Part shown: positions 13,249-27,529 of the stretch, piece by piece
How the letters are laid out: each line of letters opens with the position of its first letter
Position numbering within the stretch: the stretch's first letter is position 1
Origin: Pecten maximus
Taxonomy: Eukaryota
Assembly: GCF_902652985.1 (NCBI RefSeq)
Contig: NC_047015.1
Coordinates: 16,058,001 to 16,122,000, forward strand
DNA length: 64,000 nt
Direction of reading: 5' to 3'
Position numbers and translations under genes: made by a program
The notes under the pieces: generated by a model
The model's input: only the letters and a program-made list of their open reading frames with translations
Database searches by the model: none
What the model was told of the DNA's origin: nothing

Positions 13249-14225
13249 TGCATTTCGTGAAGTATTAGTCATAATTATTAGACATTATACTAGAGGTACC
13301 TTCATATTTAAATGATATTTAAGATGATCAGAATAACATGCAAAAATAGCCTGACATATATAGTGGCTGTATGCATATATATTGAACAGAAAAAAAATTA
13401 ATAAAAGAAATGTGCAGCCCTGTTAGTTTGAAACAAGAGCGAAGGCACTCGTGTATTTCGTCTCTGAAATTGGTCACTGATCAGCTGAGAATGGCCAACA
13501 ACCTGAGTTAAAAACCAAACAAAAATGGCTTTGTATACATGTATACATGTAATATCAATTTAAAGTGTTTCCTCAGTTATGGGGACATTAGAAAGATATG
13601 GGCTTCCGGAGACCATGTGTTCTTGCAAGATTAATAGGGGCATGAAGGACTTCCTACATCTTATACAAAAATGTCATGGACAATGTTATACATTTATATA
13701 ATGAAGTAATTTAGTGATAGGGGTTGTAAAGGCCGGAGAAGCCAGTACTGATTGACTACCACCTCCGTATACAATATTGTTGTGGAGGATAGATGATCAC
13801 AGGTGATCATGTCATTGACATTCTTTGTCAACAATTTTTGATTTAGAGTGAAATGTGACTATGCAACTGCTCAACAAAAATAAATGTTGTTGTTTTCTCT
13901 TAAACTAATGATAGGTGACTTTTAATTATAGTTTTGATCTTTAACCTTTGCTTTTGAATTGATGGTTAAGGAAACTACAAAGTGACCTTGGCATTTAACA
14001 TGGCTTCTGTAACTTTCCTCTCCCCTATATCTTGTCAGTATGGTGGTATAATGTGCACTCCAATACACTGAAATTAATGTGTAAAAAAAACTAACAAATG
14101 TGTGTTTTGTGTCACAGTGGCCTGGTACATCATGGCTTCCATCAGTTCGACTTCAGCAGCTCATTTTTATTGTCATACCCTACTTTGTGTCGGAGGAAGT
14201 GTTGGTCCCTGGACTTATTACAGGA

Positions 14226-14308
14226 TATATATGTATGTCCATGATAAGCAGCTAACCAGTGGGGAGGGTATATATGTATGTCCATGATAAGCAGCTAACC
14301 AGTGGGGA
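14226..14308 (+). repeat. Two-copy tandem duplication, period 43
   Basis: TATATATGTATGTCCATGATAAGCAGCTAACCAGTGGGGA at 14226 and 14269. Confidence 0.9.
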
Positions 14309-16010
14309 CTGAGCCCAACCAGGCACACAATCCCATATATATAATTGTAGTCTACATTATAGTAGTCTAGTAGATATGTATAATAGTAGTCTAGTACTAC
14401 AATGTAATGGTAGTCTATTAGATATAATATAGTATTCTTAAGTACTACTATCTAATGGTAGTCATTGATATGTATATAATTAGTCTAGTAGATATCGTGG
14501 GTTCTCAAAGTATAGATGGGTCCTACAGAAAAAACAAGAGTCTCGGAGAATGAAAATTTTTGCAAATAAAGATAAGTTGAGGAGTTGGAACTCAAATGTC
14601 GGTATCTCAATGTCAATGGGTTGATATTTCCATGTATAGGCTTATGGACATACAATAGTTATTATACTAAAAGGTCATGTCATAGATTCATACAATATAA
14701 TACCTTTAGGTGCCATTCAGCTTTTTTATTGGGTACTAATACTAGTTCATGTGTCTCTTTGGGCTGTGGTATATTTGTCCAATAAAATTGTTTGTTTACT
14801 AATTGGAACACCAGTATTGTCCAATGAGATGGCATGTCATTGTGCAGTTGTACAATAAAATGTCTCATTAGACTCTAATATTGTCTAAAAAGATAATATA
14901 TCTAATCAGACAGTGTGGTTGGTATACATCTTTTATCCAATAGAATTGTCTTATCATATGCCAAAATAGTTAAGTTTCCTCTTAACCGACACTAAGTATT
15001 CCACATGTATTGAAAATGAGATGTTGGTCAGCTAGCCATTGTTACCGTTGCATTACCCACAGTACCAAAAATCTATATAGATTTCTTAGGACCATTTGAT
15101 CCAGCATGGAACATACATTTCATGCGCCTTTGGATATGGTATCTTATATGACCACATATATCTTCCCAAAGTCTTCATTTTAACATTAGCAGCTATACAG
15201 ACATCGACATGATACAGTATACATACATGAATTCAAGAATGGTGTGTTCAACTGGTCAAATTTGTATTTCAGTTAAGGAGAGTGCAAAGTTGAGAGAGGG
15301 AATTAAAAGTTAATATTTAATGGATTATGTCTGTTATTGATTATGTTGGGGCCTAGTCATGTTTCCCTGGTGTTTTGTATAGACTGGTAGATCTGACTAA
15401 TAACACTGACAAGGGGAAGTGTCCCTAAGCCTATTTACTCATTACTAGTGCTGACACTAAGTATACCAGTATCTTTTGGTGACCTAATGGAAACAGATAC
15501 AGAGATTTGGGGATTTTACATACTTGCTTAATTGAAAATCCCTTCATTTCTAGATATTTGTCCAATATGTTATGCTGTTTATTTACCTGTGATATTGCCA
15601 AATCATTACACTTTTCCTGTACTGAATCAAATCTCTTTGATACATATCTGAAACTCTTGTCTTATGTTTGCCTCTATCAACTAGAGATAAGTAGTAGTAT
15701 TTCTGTAATGAATGTATGCATTTCTGAATTCCTAGATAGGCAATCTGTTTAATTGATTTTAATATTTTCCTACACCCACAATCACACATAAATGTTGAAT
15801 ATTACTGTGAACTAGATTTTCCCTTTCAATGACTCTGGATAGTTTTGGCATCAAGCTCCATTTCCAGGAGCTGGGAAACAACAAGAATTTCAACATAGTA
15901 ACAGACAAAAAAGTATAAACAAAAATATAGATTTACTAGACTCATGAAAAAGTTGAATGATATTAAGACCAGGTGCTCCAGTAGGGTAAGCGTCTTCCAC
16001 TTCATCGATA

Positions 16011-16104
16011 ACATTCGACATACAAATATAGATCAAATCCAGGTTAAGCCTCAATACAGTATGTACATTCGACATACAAATAAAGATCAAATCCAGGTTA
16101 AGCC
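16011..16104 (+). repeat. Two-copy duplication, period 54
   Basis: ACATTCGACATACAAATA(T/A)AGATCAAATCCAGGTTAAGCC at 16011 and 16065. Confidence 0.9.
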
Positions 16105-17803
16105 AGATTTCAAAAACTTTTATTTTTGATGTCTGCTATATAAGTTACCCTGTTTGTGTCTCATTGATGTACCAAGTACAAATTTTCAAATTTGTATATA
16201 TCTACTCTACAAGTAGTGTTTCTTTGCGTCTCTTAACACTGCAATTACTGTACAACTACCAAGTCACACACTCACATCTCCGTGTATGTTTGAGTCTAAT
16301 ATGATGATGAACCTATGTCCCTCAAGCAGAGTCTTCATTTTGACCCCATAGACTTGCTTGCAGATTGAGCAGTGTCTCAGCATGATAAAAGATGATTTGG
16401 ACCAATCTAGCTTTTCTAGCTGGTGAAGGATGTGTATTGATTTGATGTCATTAGCTACTGTATTGGAATCAGGCGTTGACTAATTGGCTGCTCTGTAGTG
16501 TGCATCTACCTGTAAAACAGTACACAGGTAAATGTTACCTGATGCTATCATTGTATCCACATAAAGTAGGGTTAGATAATGGTCGTGTTCAAAAAGGTTT
16601 GAGTCTGGGAAGCAAAATAACTTGACTTCATGATCAAGCTCAGGTTGATAACCTTTTAAATAGTTAGTGATGCTCTATCATGACTATAGCTGAAAGTAAT
16701 TATTGCCTTTTTTAATTAAAACTATATATATATATATATATATCCATGCTATTTATTATCAACAAAATATATATATCCATGCTATTTGTTATCAACAAAG
16801 ATAAAAAAGTGAAAAAAACCCCGATAATTTACAAATTAAATTTGAAGGTATATTAAGCAAGTAATGTTTAGATATATAAAGTAAAGCATTGCAGTGCTGG
16901 TCTGCTGGTTTATGGTATATTCCTCTGAATTTGAGCTTGAAGACCTGCAAGTCATGTACAACTTCACCTTCCTCTTCTGGTGTATAAACTACTTTATATC
17001 CTTCACAAACCTCTTCTTTTGGTTCCCAGTGTGGACCTGTCTATAGTAAAGCTTGAAATATAGCAAGGATGGAAACATTTGAGATTCAAAAGTGTAGACA
17101 GATATGAATTACAGGTAGACCTTGCAAATTAACCTTAGTTTAAAAGACACTAAAAATTGATCTATACTGAAAATCAATACCGGTAATATAAATAGAACTC
17201 TAAATCTGTATAAAAACGGGGAGCAGAATTACAAGAAACATAGATTTATTGAAAAGTACGATTGTACATATTTTTATATACACACGTGTACAGTAACTGA
17301 TGTGATAGGATGTCAAATGCCAGGCACATCTATTTTTGAAGAGCAAATCAATGACATTTAAAATGAAGCTTGATTAAAAATGTTGGCAGGTGGTATCAGA
17401 AAACTGAGTGGTAATGTTTGTTTTTTGTTGTTGTCAATCTGTGGATGTCTGTTTTGACATTTAATATTAAAACTATGCACTAAACTGTACATGGGTAGAC
17501 AATACAACTAGGACATTAGTTAAGTACATATAATACCACAACTACAGAACACATGTTACTAATAATCACACTAAATATAGTTACAAGAGCAGCAAGGCAT
17601 CACAACAAATCCCCTTGTGTACACAAACAAATTGATTAAGGATATCATATCTTGGAATCTAACTAAAATCCAATTATGTCTCAATAACAACTTCATCCTC
17701 TGGTAATTATCTCAATTGGGCAGATCTGTGCATTTTAAATGCAAAGGCAAACATTTACCTTCCTTGAAAAGTGATAAGCATCAACTTTATGTTGACTAAT
17801 ATA

Positions 17804-19010
17804 TGATGTAGGTGGTCTCTCAAGACAGGTTCCTCTATAGACCGGTGATGTATGTGGCCTCTAAAGACAGGTTCCTCTGTAGACTGGTGATGTAGGTGGC
17901 CTCTAAAGACAGGTTCCTCTATAGACCAGTGATGTAGGTGGCCTCTAAAGATAGGTTCCTCTGTAGACTGGTGATGTAGGTGGCCTCTAAAGATGGGTTC
18001 CTCTGTAGACTGGTGATGTAGGTTGCCTCTAAAGATGGGTTCCTCTGTAGACTGGTGATGTAGGTGGCCTCTAAAGACAGGTTCCTCTATAGACCAGTGA
18101 TGTAGGTGGCCTCTAAAGACAGGTTCCTCTGTAGACTGGTGATGTAGGTGGCCTCTAAAGATAGGTTCCTCTATAGACCAGTGATGTAGGTTGCCTCTAA
18201 AGATGGGTTCCTCTGTAGACTGGTGATGTAGGTGGCCTCTAAAGACAGGTTCCTCTATAGACCAGTGATGTAGGTGGCCTCTAAAGACAGGTTACTCTGT
18301 AGACTGGTGATGTAGGTGGCCTCTAAAGATAGGTTCCTCTGTAGACTGGTGATGTAGGTGGCCTCTAAAGACAGGTTCCTCTGTAGACTGGTGATGTAGG
18401 TGGCCTCTAAAGATAGGTTCCCCTGTAGACTGGTGATGTATGTGGTCTCTCTAGACAGGTTCCTCTGTAGACTGGTGATGTAGGTGGCCTCTAAAGATGG
18501 GTTCCTCTATAGACCAGTGATGTATGTGGCCTCTAAAGATAGGTTCCTCTGTAGACTGGTGATGTAGGTGGCCTCTAAAGACAGGTTCCTCTATAGACCA
18601 GTGATGTATGTGGCCTCTAAAGACAGGTTCCTCTATAGACCAGTGATGTAGGTGGCCTCTAAAGATAGGTTCCTCTGTAGACTGGTGACGTAGGTGGCCT
18701 CTAAAGACAGGTTCCTCTGTAGACTGGTGATGTAGGTGGCCTCTAAAGATGGGTTCCTCTGTAGACTGGTGATGTAGGTGGCCTCTAAAGATGGGTTCCT
18801 CTGTAGACTGGTGATGTATGTGGCCTCTAAAGACAGGTTCCTTGGATCTATAGACCAGTGATGTAGGTGGCCTCTAAAGATGGGTTCCTCTGTAGACTGG
18901 TGATGTAGGTGGCCTCTAAAGACAGGTTCCTCTATAGACTGTTGCATATGTATGTGGTCTCTCTAGACAGGTTCCTCTGTAGACTGTTGATGTAGGTGGT
19001 TTTTAAAAGT
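17804..19010 (+). repeat. 42-bp minisatellite, ~28 copies
   Basis: Unit TGATGTAGGTGGCCTCTAAAGACAGGTTCCTCTGTAGACTGG; explains the 14-aa periodic ORF 18633-18947. Confidence 0.97.
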
Positions 19011-21929
19011 CAGGTTAATTCTTTCTGTAGATTACATAGGTAAGTGTTCTGGTCTCTCGACACATGTTCATCTGTAGATTACCAACTAACATGCAGATAG
19101 TAATTCAGAATGATGGTGGATTTACAGATATAGCTCTGTGATTTTCATACAGTAGTATGTCAGAATAATGATTGAGGTAGGCAAGTTTCTGAAGATGTGG
19201 CCTTTGGTGAATTTCATTTTGTGATACATTTGCTAGAATACTAGACAAATCAATTAGTTATTACATGGCCTCATCTCACCCTAACATCCTATATTGGCCT
19301 TGGGCAATGACTTCATTTATAACTCGAGCAAGCGTCCAATATTGTCAAGCTACCTCAGTCAGTTTTGTTTCAAATATCCACGTTGTATAATTTAATAGGT
19401 TGTTTGGCCTGGTTTAGCAGATTGGTTCTGTTTTGTTTCCTGTGTGTTATAGCACATTTGTCAGTACCTAGCTCTCATCCTTGTGTTCAATAATTAAACA
19501 GTAAGTAGAAACCTGATGTTACTTGTAATGATAGTGCTACCATTTTGGTTGTGTTCCAGTGAAGCATCATGTTAGTTTTGCGGTGTTGATGACAGCTCGA
19601 AATGAGAATTTTATGTTTTACTGTTAAATATGTGTATTTCCTTGCTGCAAATAAGTGTACATTAAGCTTCCTGTAGAAATACTAATTAATTAAAAAGGCT
19701 TATTATATTTAATGCCCTTCAACCATTTAAGCGATTTATATACTTGTTGACTAAGGAAAACAGAGCTTAATTTTGTTTGACTGTTTGAAAATAAAATTGT
19801 AACTTCAGTTCAGTGTGAAACAAAATTGCTAACACTAATTAAAAAAATACAGAATTTTGAAGTTTATTTTAATTAGTGTATATGGCATTAATAGTATCAT
19901 GTATATGAGTACAGTTAATTGTATTGTGTATGTATACTTGAGCTTTTTGCATCTAGATGTGTTGCTCAAAAAGTACAAGTCCAACATTAACCAACCTTGT
20001 ATATATGGTAAAATAGATCACATAGTAGAGAATATCATCGTGAATTTGTGGTCGAGTGACTATGGTAATTAGGGACGCTAAATTGGAAACTAGACTTCTT
20101 GTGTTATGCTCAGTTTCTCAAAAGTATTAATGTTATAATGTTATTCCAACCAAACCTGGAATATAGTACATTGTAGTATGGACATTTCAACACTCCCTAC
20201 CTATATCCTTGGCTAAACCAAAGTTTTGTTGCTTTTAGTTGCTTATCTTATTAGATATATTCCTGTTTTTTTTACTACAACAAGGCTTAGTGATAAACAG
20301 GTTGGAATTCATAGTAGTAAGAGCAACAAGACAAATGGACAAACAACAGAAATGATATTGCTGAATTGTGGGCCTCGTGAATGTTCATTGTGGTAGATTG
20401 TTGCCTCACAGTGTAATATGCCAGTATTGTTACATTAATCATTTAACACCATGTCTTCATGGTTCTAATCATTTAACACCATGTCTTCATAGTTCAGATG
20501 ACTTTGTCATGAATCTATGTACTGTAGTCATAAAAATGATATAAGACTTTTGAGTTGTATCTGCACCTGTCATTTATGTTTCTATTTGTAATATGTTTTT
20601 ATTTTATTTATAGACAAAGAATTGTTTTAATGTTGTTTTGTGAAAATTTTCAGGATTGTTCGTACTCACAGCATAGTTGATGAGAACACATGTGTTTAAT
20701 CGTAGAAGCTGGTAAGACCCTGCATTTTGGTGAAGTAGTGTTGAGCCCCGTTTGTGGACTGTTGATGGCCCGTGATGCATGCTGTCTGATTGTTGGTACA
20801 CAGATCTCCATGTATTACTAGTGTTAGCAAGTACATCCATATATTATTAATGCACAGTCTTTTTAACATACCAATATTTATGTTCAGTTTAAAATACATT
20901 TGAATACATTAAAGTATAATATCAACATTTACACAAATATATATGTATGTGTATAGATAGAATGGAGTCTTCTTCAGTTTTAAAAATATTCTTATTGGCA
21001 AGATACTCAAAATCAATGAATAAAGTTTTAAAGATATATTAAATATTTGTATTAGGTTACTACATAGCAAAATGGGGTATATGCTAAACTTGATCATATT
21101 TGAAAATCAAGCTTAGTAACATCTTGTAAACAGTTTTATGTGTTTTTCTTGGTAACATTTTAAATATAGAGACAGACCTATGTTCCTGAATATGAACACT
21201 GTCAAACAGAATATGGATTTTCATTTGGCATAATAAAAGTCTTTGATTATTGGAGTAAGGTTGGTTGGATAGAGTTTGAATATATATAACATCTTTGTGA
21301 TGTCATTTTTATGACACAGAAAAAGTTGGTTCAAAATCTATACAGGAATGTAGCTGTGAACCGGTAGAAATTCAGCCATCGATTGTTGTTTTTATCTCTA
21401 TAGGGAACACACAGGTTTGGTCTTTGTCTGCTCAGTGTGACAATATAAATCAAATTGATGTTTTAATTTCTCATGATAAAACTATATCGATGAATATTTA
21501 ATTGATTTTTTTTTTGCCTAACAGTAACTTTCCTTGTAGGCTATATTATATCTTCACATGCATGCTTGGTTTTCTAACACAACAATATTGATGAGGGGCT
21601 TTTCTATAACAAATCACTCTAGAATTATATATATTATAAACTATGCATGGATAGAAAAAATAATAAAGGAATAGATTGGTTTTTTTATCAATAAAAGCAG
21701 TGATGTATTGCTTTTATGAGTAACTGAAATCTCGTGTTCTCATAATAATTCTTACATTTCACAGCCATTTGGTAATTGTCTACATCCTTATCTTGCTAAA
21801 TTTGGGGAAAAAATAACTTAGTAAGGTGGCTCACTTGCTGTCATTATCTACTAGTGAGGTGAAATTTTTAGGTGTAGAAGATTATGGGTCGATTTTGATT
21901 AAGGTGTAGAAGAGGATGGGTAGACTTTG

Positions 21930-22534
21930 TTAGGTCACCTGAGACAAAGTCACAAGTGACCTATTCTAATCGTCTTTTGTCCTTCGTCATGCGTTGTGCA
22001 TTGTCTGTTCATAAACAATTTACATTTTCAACTTCTCAATAATCAAGAGGCCTAGAGTCATCAAGATTGTTCAAATGAATGACCTTGACATTTATTCAAG
22101 GTCACAGGGGTCAAATATGTTAAATCTGTAATCAACTTCTTTGCATTAAGCATATTTGACCTTAAACTTGCTAGGGGGAAGAGCTATCAAGATAATTGAA
22201 ATGAATGACCTTGAAATCATTTAAGGTTAGTAACATGGGTCAAATAGGCTAAGATAATAAAAAGACATTTTCTCAATAACCAAGAGCCCAAGAGACCTGA
22301 TACTGGGCCTATAGTATACTGGGGTAAAGGGCTATAAAGATTGTTCAAATTAGTGAGCATGACCTTGACCTTCATTCAAGGCCACCTGGCTCAAATATGC
22401 TAAAATCTTTCAAACATTTACTGGATGAAAATTCTGGGGTGAACACATTGACCTCAAATTCACGTTCACAGTAATCAAACCTGATGAAATATATATAACT
22501 TCAGGTGACCATTAAGGCTCATGGGCCTCATGTT
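21930..22534 (+). mobile_element. Non-autonomous Helentron/DINE-1-like element (HINE)
   Basis: 5' hairpin TAGGTCACCTGAGAC/GTCACAAGTGACCTA (21931-63), then a decayed GTCC-like microsatellite and internal TGACCTTGA..TCAAGGTCA repeats. 3' subterminal TCAGGTGACC (22501-10) is the reverse complement of 21933-42, followed by the stem-loop AGGCTCATGGGCCT. T-rich insertion site. Confidence 0.75.
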
Positions 22535-23202
22535 TCAGGGTGTAGAAGAGGATGGGTAGATTTTGTTTTAAGGTGTAGAAGCTTAAGAGGAAAGGTAGAT
22601 TTGAAATCTAACATGGATGGAGATCAGTGTCATGTTAACTGCATGTGCTTGGACTTTTATCATTTATTATTTTTGGAGAGTTCAGAAGCATGCTTCTTGT
22701 TTCAATAATTTTTGGACGTATTCATTGTGCAATATTTATACATGTATAATATGTGTTGTTGAGCTGAAGATTATAGACGATGATATTTGTCCTAGTTTTA
22801 CGATAAATTGTCATTATAGGATATAATTTGTTCTGACTTGATAATGTATACATGATCATCTGTTATTGATCACATTGCTTTCAAGTGTCAACATGATAAA
22901 GAATTTGTTAGTTTGTTGTGTTTCATAATTTACATAGATCTCAATCTACAGACAAGTTCAATGTATGAAGCTTTTAGCAGTAAGTTTGAGGCTCAGTAAA
23001 TGTTTGATTTGGGTTTAGATGTACAAGTATGTACCAAGGGTAATTCATCATAGGGCCATGCATAATTGCTTTACTTTTTCAGATCACTGCATTTATGGAA
23101 GATATTGAGTGCTGCGGTAAAACATTGATCAGTGGGTGAATGACTTATTGTAATACCTAATGTTTGTTGTAGAACACCATTTCTCCCAGTTGTATATATA
23201 AT

Positions 23203-23280
23203 TAGACAAACCTGTGTATCAAGGACATCCAAGGAACAAGGCAAAAATGTCCTTTATAGAGAGGTGTTCTTTATATAGAC
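23203..23280 (+). mobile_element. Decayed end of a pogo/Tigger-like MITE
   Basis: TAGACAAACCTGTGTATCAAGGACATCC followed by partly complementary TGTCCTTTATAGAGAGGTG subterminal repeats. The family assignment is from recalled TIR style only. Confidence 0.35.
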
Positions 23281-26200
23281 TAGTTATTACTTTTTTCAGT
23301 GAGTTATGTCCCTTACACACATGACCAGCCATGCTCGAGTAAAGTTTGATTTAAATAAGAAGATATCAGCTATGAAGTTTTGACCTGTACATGAAAACTC
23401 CAACATTTAACTTAAACATGCAGTATGTGTTTTATGGTAATTCTTTACCATCTTTATATAATTAGAAACAAACAATAAGATTTTTGGCCTAAACAGGCAA
23501 AAATAAATCAACTACCTAGGTTAGGTATATATACTTGTCACATGATATGTGTACATTAGGAATTTTAAACACAGATGGCCCAATGCTCACCAGCCTGTGT
23601 CAATTTATTGTTTAATTAATGCTATAACAGTGGAAGGTTTCATCTTACCTTGACATATTGTCTAATGGAAGTCAAGTTGAAGTGGCCTAGACATGCAAGT
23701 TATTGTATCTTATCTTACAGCTAAACAAAACATTCCCAATCAATTCAGTGGGACCTTTAGTTATACATTTTATATATGCATTACAAATTAAACCCTTATC
23801 GTCTCAAATATTACCTGTCAATGTAAAAAAAAAAATGTCCCCATTCCCAGTCTTATCCCTGTTCTCCAAACACCTAAAGAGAGTTTTATGGTCCACAGAA
23901 TTTTCCCACTGCAGCATTGTATGGCTTTGATTCTCAACATTTGATCGTAGCCAGGACGACAATTGTGGGATCCTTAGGGATTTAGATCTGAATGTATAGA
24001 TCTATTATTCATGGGTATCTCTACCTTTATTTGTTGGTAGCTCTCATTGCGATTATATTACAGATGGTGGTACGGAACCACAGTCGCCATAAACAGACCA
24101 AGCAATTAGATAGTGGCGAGCAGGATCAGACCCAACAATTTGTCTTGTAGACATGACAAATTTGATCTACTGCTTTTGTTATATAAAAAGTATTATAATC
24201 CTTTATGATTGCAAGTCTACAGATAGGGCTCCTGAAGACATACTTTACCTTAGTTTCAATTATTCCCGTTGTATCATGAGAAGATTTAGTGTTTTTATAG
24301 TGTCAGATTATCCTTAACTTCACATGAAGAGAACTCCAAAGATTGTGTGTGTAAATGTGATAGCCTTACAATCAGATTATACTGCTGCATATTTAAGTAT
24401 TTCAGTACATTGTAGGATGGGTATTAGCTTGTTGTTTGGTAGTCCATTACTGCTAAAATGTAATCAAAATGGCCCTCGTCGATACCTAAACAGACCAGAT
24501 AGGATTTGGCTGAGGACAGTCTTCCCACTGAGACTCTACTGGTTTAATGTAATAAAACAAGCTTTTGGTTGAGTTTTATTGATTTTTTTTTTACTTTATA
24601 TTGATAGGCATTTCAACTGCTGTAGACAGGACTGAAATTTAAACTGATTTAATTTAACTAATTATATATGCACAACTGTGTACACATACATCCAGGATTG
24701 TGGGATGTTCGTATGCAGGTAGTCCAGGGGTGAGATTCAGGTAAGGGGAGACCATTTTAATTAAATACGGTGTAAGGTAAATGACCTTATCACTTGTAAA
24801 CATTTTTTTATATTGAAAAATCTACTTTAAACCTGAAGCTGGATATGATGATTTATGTTTATGCTGTTTTGTAGAGATAGCCAAACCAAACAAAAAAAAG
24901 GAAAACTTATGTAACATTATTACAGTGTGGCATAAAAGTAAAGTATTTAATTTCAAAATATTTATGTTTGACCCAGTGCCATCCGTGCTTGTTTCTAAAA
25001 TGATGTCATCAGGCCATACCTTTATTCAGGACATTACTACAGTGAGGGGTATAAATTTTACATGACTGACTGCCAACTGAATAATGTTAATCTGCAGCTC
25101 TGATCACAGCACTTTAGACATGTCTTCTCCACCACTGTCTTTGTATGTAACCACATGTTGATCCTAACTACCCTGTATAAAAACATCATATTGACGGCCA
25201 TCTCCTGTCCCCGATATTTTGATCCCCCTTGCATTAATAATGTTTCTTGTCTGCCAGTAAGACTCATTTCTGTACAGTAGAATCTGTTGTCTTTAGTCAT
25301 CAATATAGAACTTGTTTATGCAAGGATTTCCTTGACCAAAAAGCTTGCTTCAATTCCAATGCTTTTCAAAGAGGCCAAATGTCATTGTCATTGAAAATAA
25401 ATGGCTTAGGTCCTTTTCCTACCTAAGAGTTGCTTGCCCATAGAACTTTCTTACTTGGAATTGCTCTTCTCGTTGAATGGTCAGAAATGAAGGTCATCGT
25501 TACTTGAAATCGTGAGTTTCTTTCTAAACAAGGTCAAAGTCACTTACCAAAAACAGATACCTTTAAATAGCTCTTTATGTATCAGAATGTTATGTCCAAT
25601 GTTCAATATAGTTACCTTCAAGGTCAAAGAAAGATTCTATAATTAGAAGGTACATTGTATAGCCATCTCCAAGCAATACAATCCTTCTATTAATTCTGAA
25701 ATATAAATATCGTAAAGCACTTTCTAAGAAAGAACAATGACTTTTAATTATATCTCTATAGAATATCAATGCTCAAGATATTTGAATTCATAATTTTTCT
25801 TGGTGAATAAATGTGAAATAAGGTAAAAAATTCAATTAAAAAAGTGGAAAGTTTCCTCATTGGGGTTTATAGATAGCTTGAAATCCTGGTGTATTTGAGT
25901 GGATGGTACAACCCACAATTTACAGAAATGGCCTGTGTTTCTAGGTTATGTTAAGTAGTCGTTAGGGTTTGGAGTAGATGCACTTAAGGTTTGGGTATAG
26001 AGATATTATTTTCAGTGGTACATGTTCTAATTAAGCTTTATGTATGACTAGAGAACCTGATGACTTTCTATAATAATGGGAGGCTGAATAGAACGGCTTG
26101 TTTCAAGAATTGTAACATGAAATAAGTGGTTATAGTTTCAAAGTAGCTAATTAGGGGAAAATGCCTCTATTTAACAAGGTTTTTTAGGAGTACAACAATA

Positions 26201-27529
26201 TAGACTCTAGACTGTCATTTCATTACAAGAAATCTCACAAATCTGACTGCCTAGTCGCCGTGTGTATGTGTGTGAAACAACTACAGGAAGTAAGACAAGT
26301 CACAAATACATCCCCGTGCCTTCTAGCTCATTTTAAAATATATTTGAACTAACATCGAACAGGAAGTTAACATCTAGCTCAAATCTGGGACTATATATGG
26401 ATAAGGCAAAATCCTGATTGAAGTTTAGGATGTTATTAGAATGCAGTGTACTCCCAAATCCTAGCAAAGTTTTAGCTTAGGAACCTTATTATTATCTTGT
26501 GTTCCTGTGTTGATTATATGATCAATATGGAATATCAATAATATATAGACCCTAAATCCTGACAGATATTGAGATTGATTGACGCTGGTAGCAGACCAAA
26601 CAGGGTAGCGGATTGCCAGAAGTGGCCTATTCAGGTCAATCATGAAAGGGCATGCCCATGAATATTTCAATACACTAGTTAATCGTTATTAGATTATAGT
26701 TTAGGTGCCCTGTTTCCATAAATGACCTCTATTTACGAAATGTTTGGTAGTGTTCTAAATGACCTCCATTTACGAAATGGAAATGTTTCTTAGTGTCCAG
26801 TTAAGATATTGGTTCATTCACACTGGTAAAGTATGTCTTCCTCAACTCAATTCATGTATATTCCAATTCAAGTTCATACCTACAATCTTCCCTATTTAGG
26901 TGCCCAAGCTCAAGGGAGACTTAACTTTTGGAGCCTAAATTTAGACATAAATTATCATTAAAACTATTTTATATTTCATTGTTTTAAAAATTGAATTAGT
27001 TCACAAAATGAGCAGCTTTAAACATGAACATTTAAAGGAAGTTTAATCCTCCTCTATGGAAATTCCAAGAAGTTTACAGGCGTGCCAGTTTGATGCTTGC
27101 TGTTTTTCGGCTGTAGATTTTATAACCCTCATGCAATAATATGGAGACACTGGAACAAAGAATTTATCTTTCCTGAACAAATATTGGAGCATTATTAGCT
27201 TGACTTGATAGTGTTATATAGTTTTTGTAGCTACATAATTCTGTGAATTTATACTGGTTTCAAGTATAATAAAAGATAATGACCTGTTTATGTTGACCTA
27301 CCCTTCATTTAAAACTCATCAAACAAAATGTTTCCATCATAATGGTCCCAATCAACTTATATTGATTATCCATCAGAACTAACAAAACATTATTAAAGAT
27401 CTAGTATCAGAGTAGCTAGTATAGTACTCTTCCTAAATCAGGATAATTTAGTAGATGTGTGTCACTACAATAGGGTGGTCAGAGGCATATAGGTTTACAG
27501 TTCAATAAGGTGGCCTTTTACTCATAAAT

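Noticed and set aside
15967-16008. Short motif recalling the end of a bivalve Penelope-like repeat (GACGCTTACCCTACTGGAGCACCTGGTC on the minus strand)
   Set aside because: It is too short, rests on recall only, and has no adjacent RT remnant.
23083-23139. Internal exon after the acceptor TTACTTTTTCAG (ITAFMEDIECCGKTLISG*)
   Set aside because: The donors are weak and not phase 0, the frame hits a stop, and there is no other support.
24985-25020. Hammerhead ribozyme core (CTGATGA..GAAA on the minus strand)
   Set aside because: Stem II cannot pair and no stems I/III were found; the other CTGATGA sites checked also fail.
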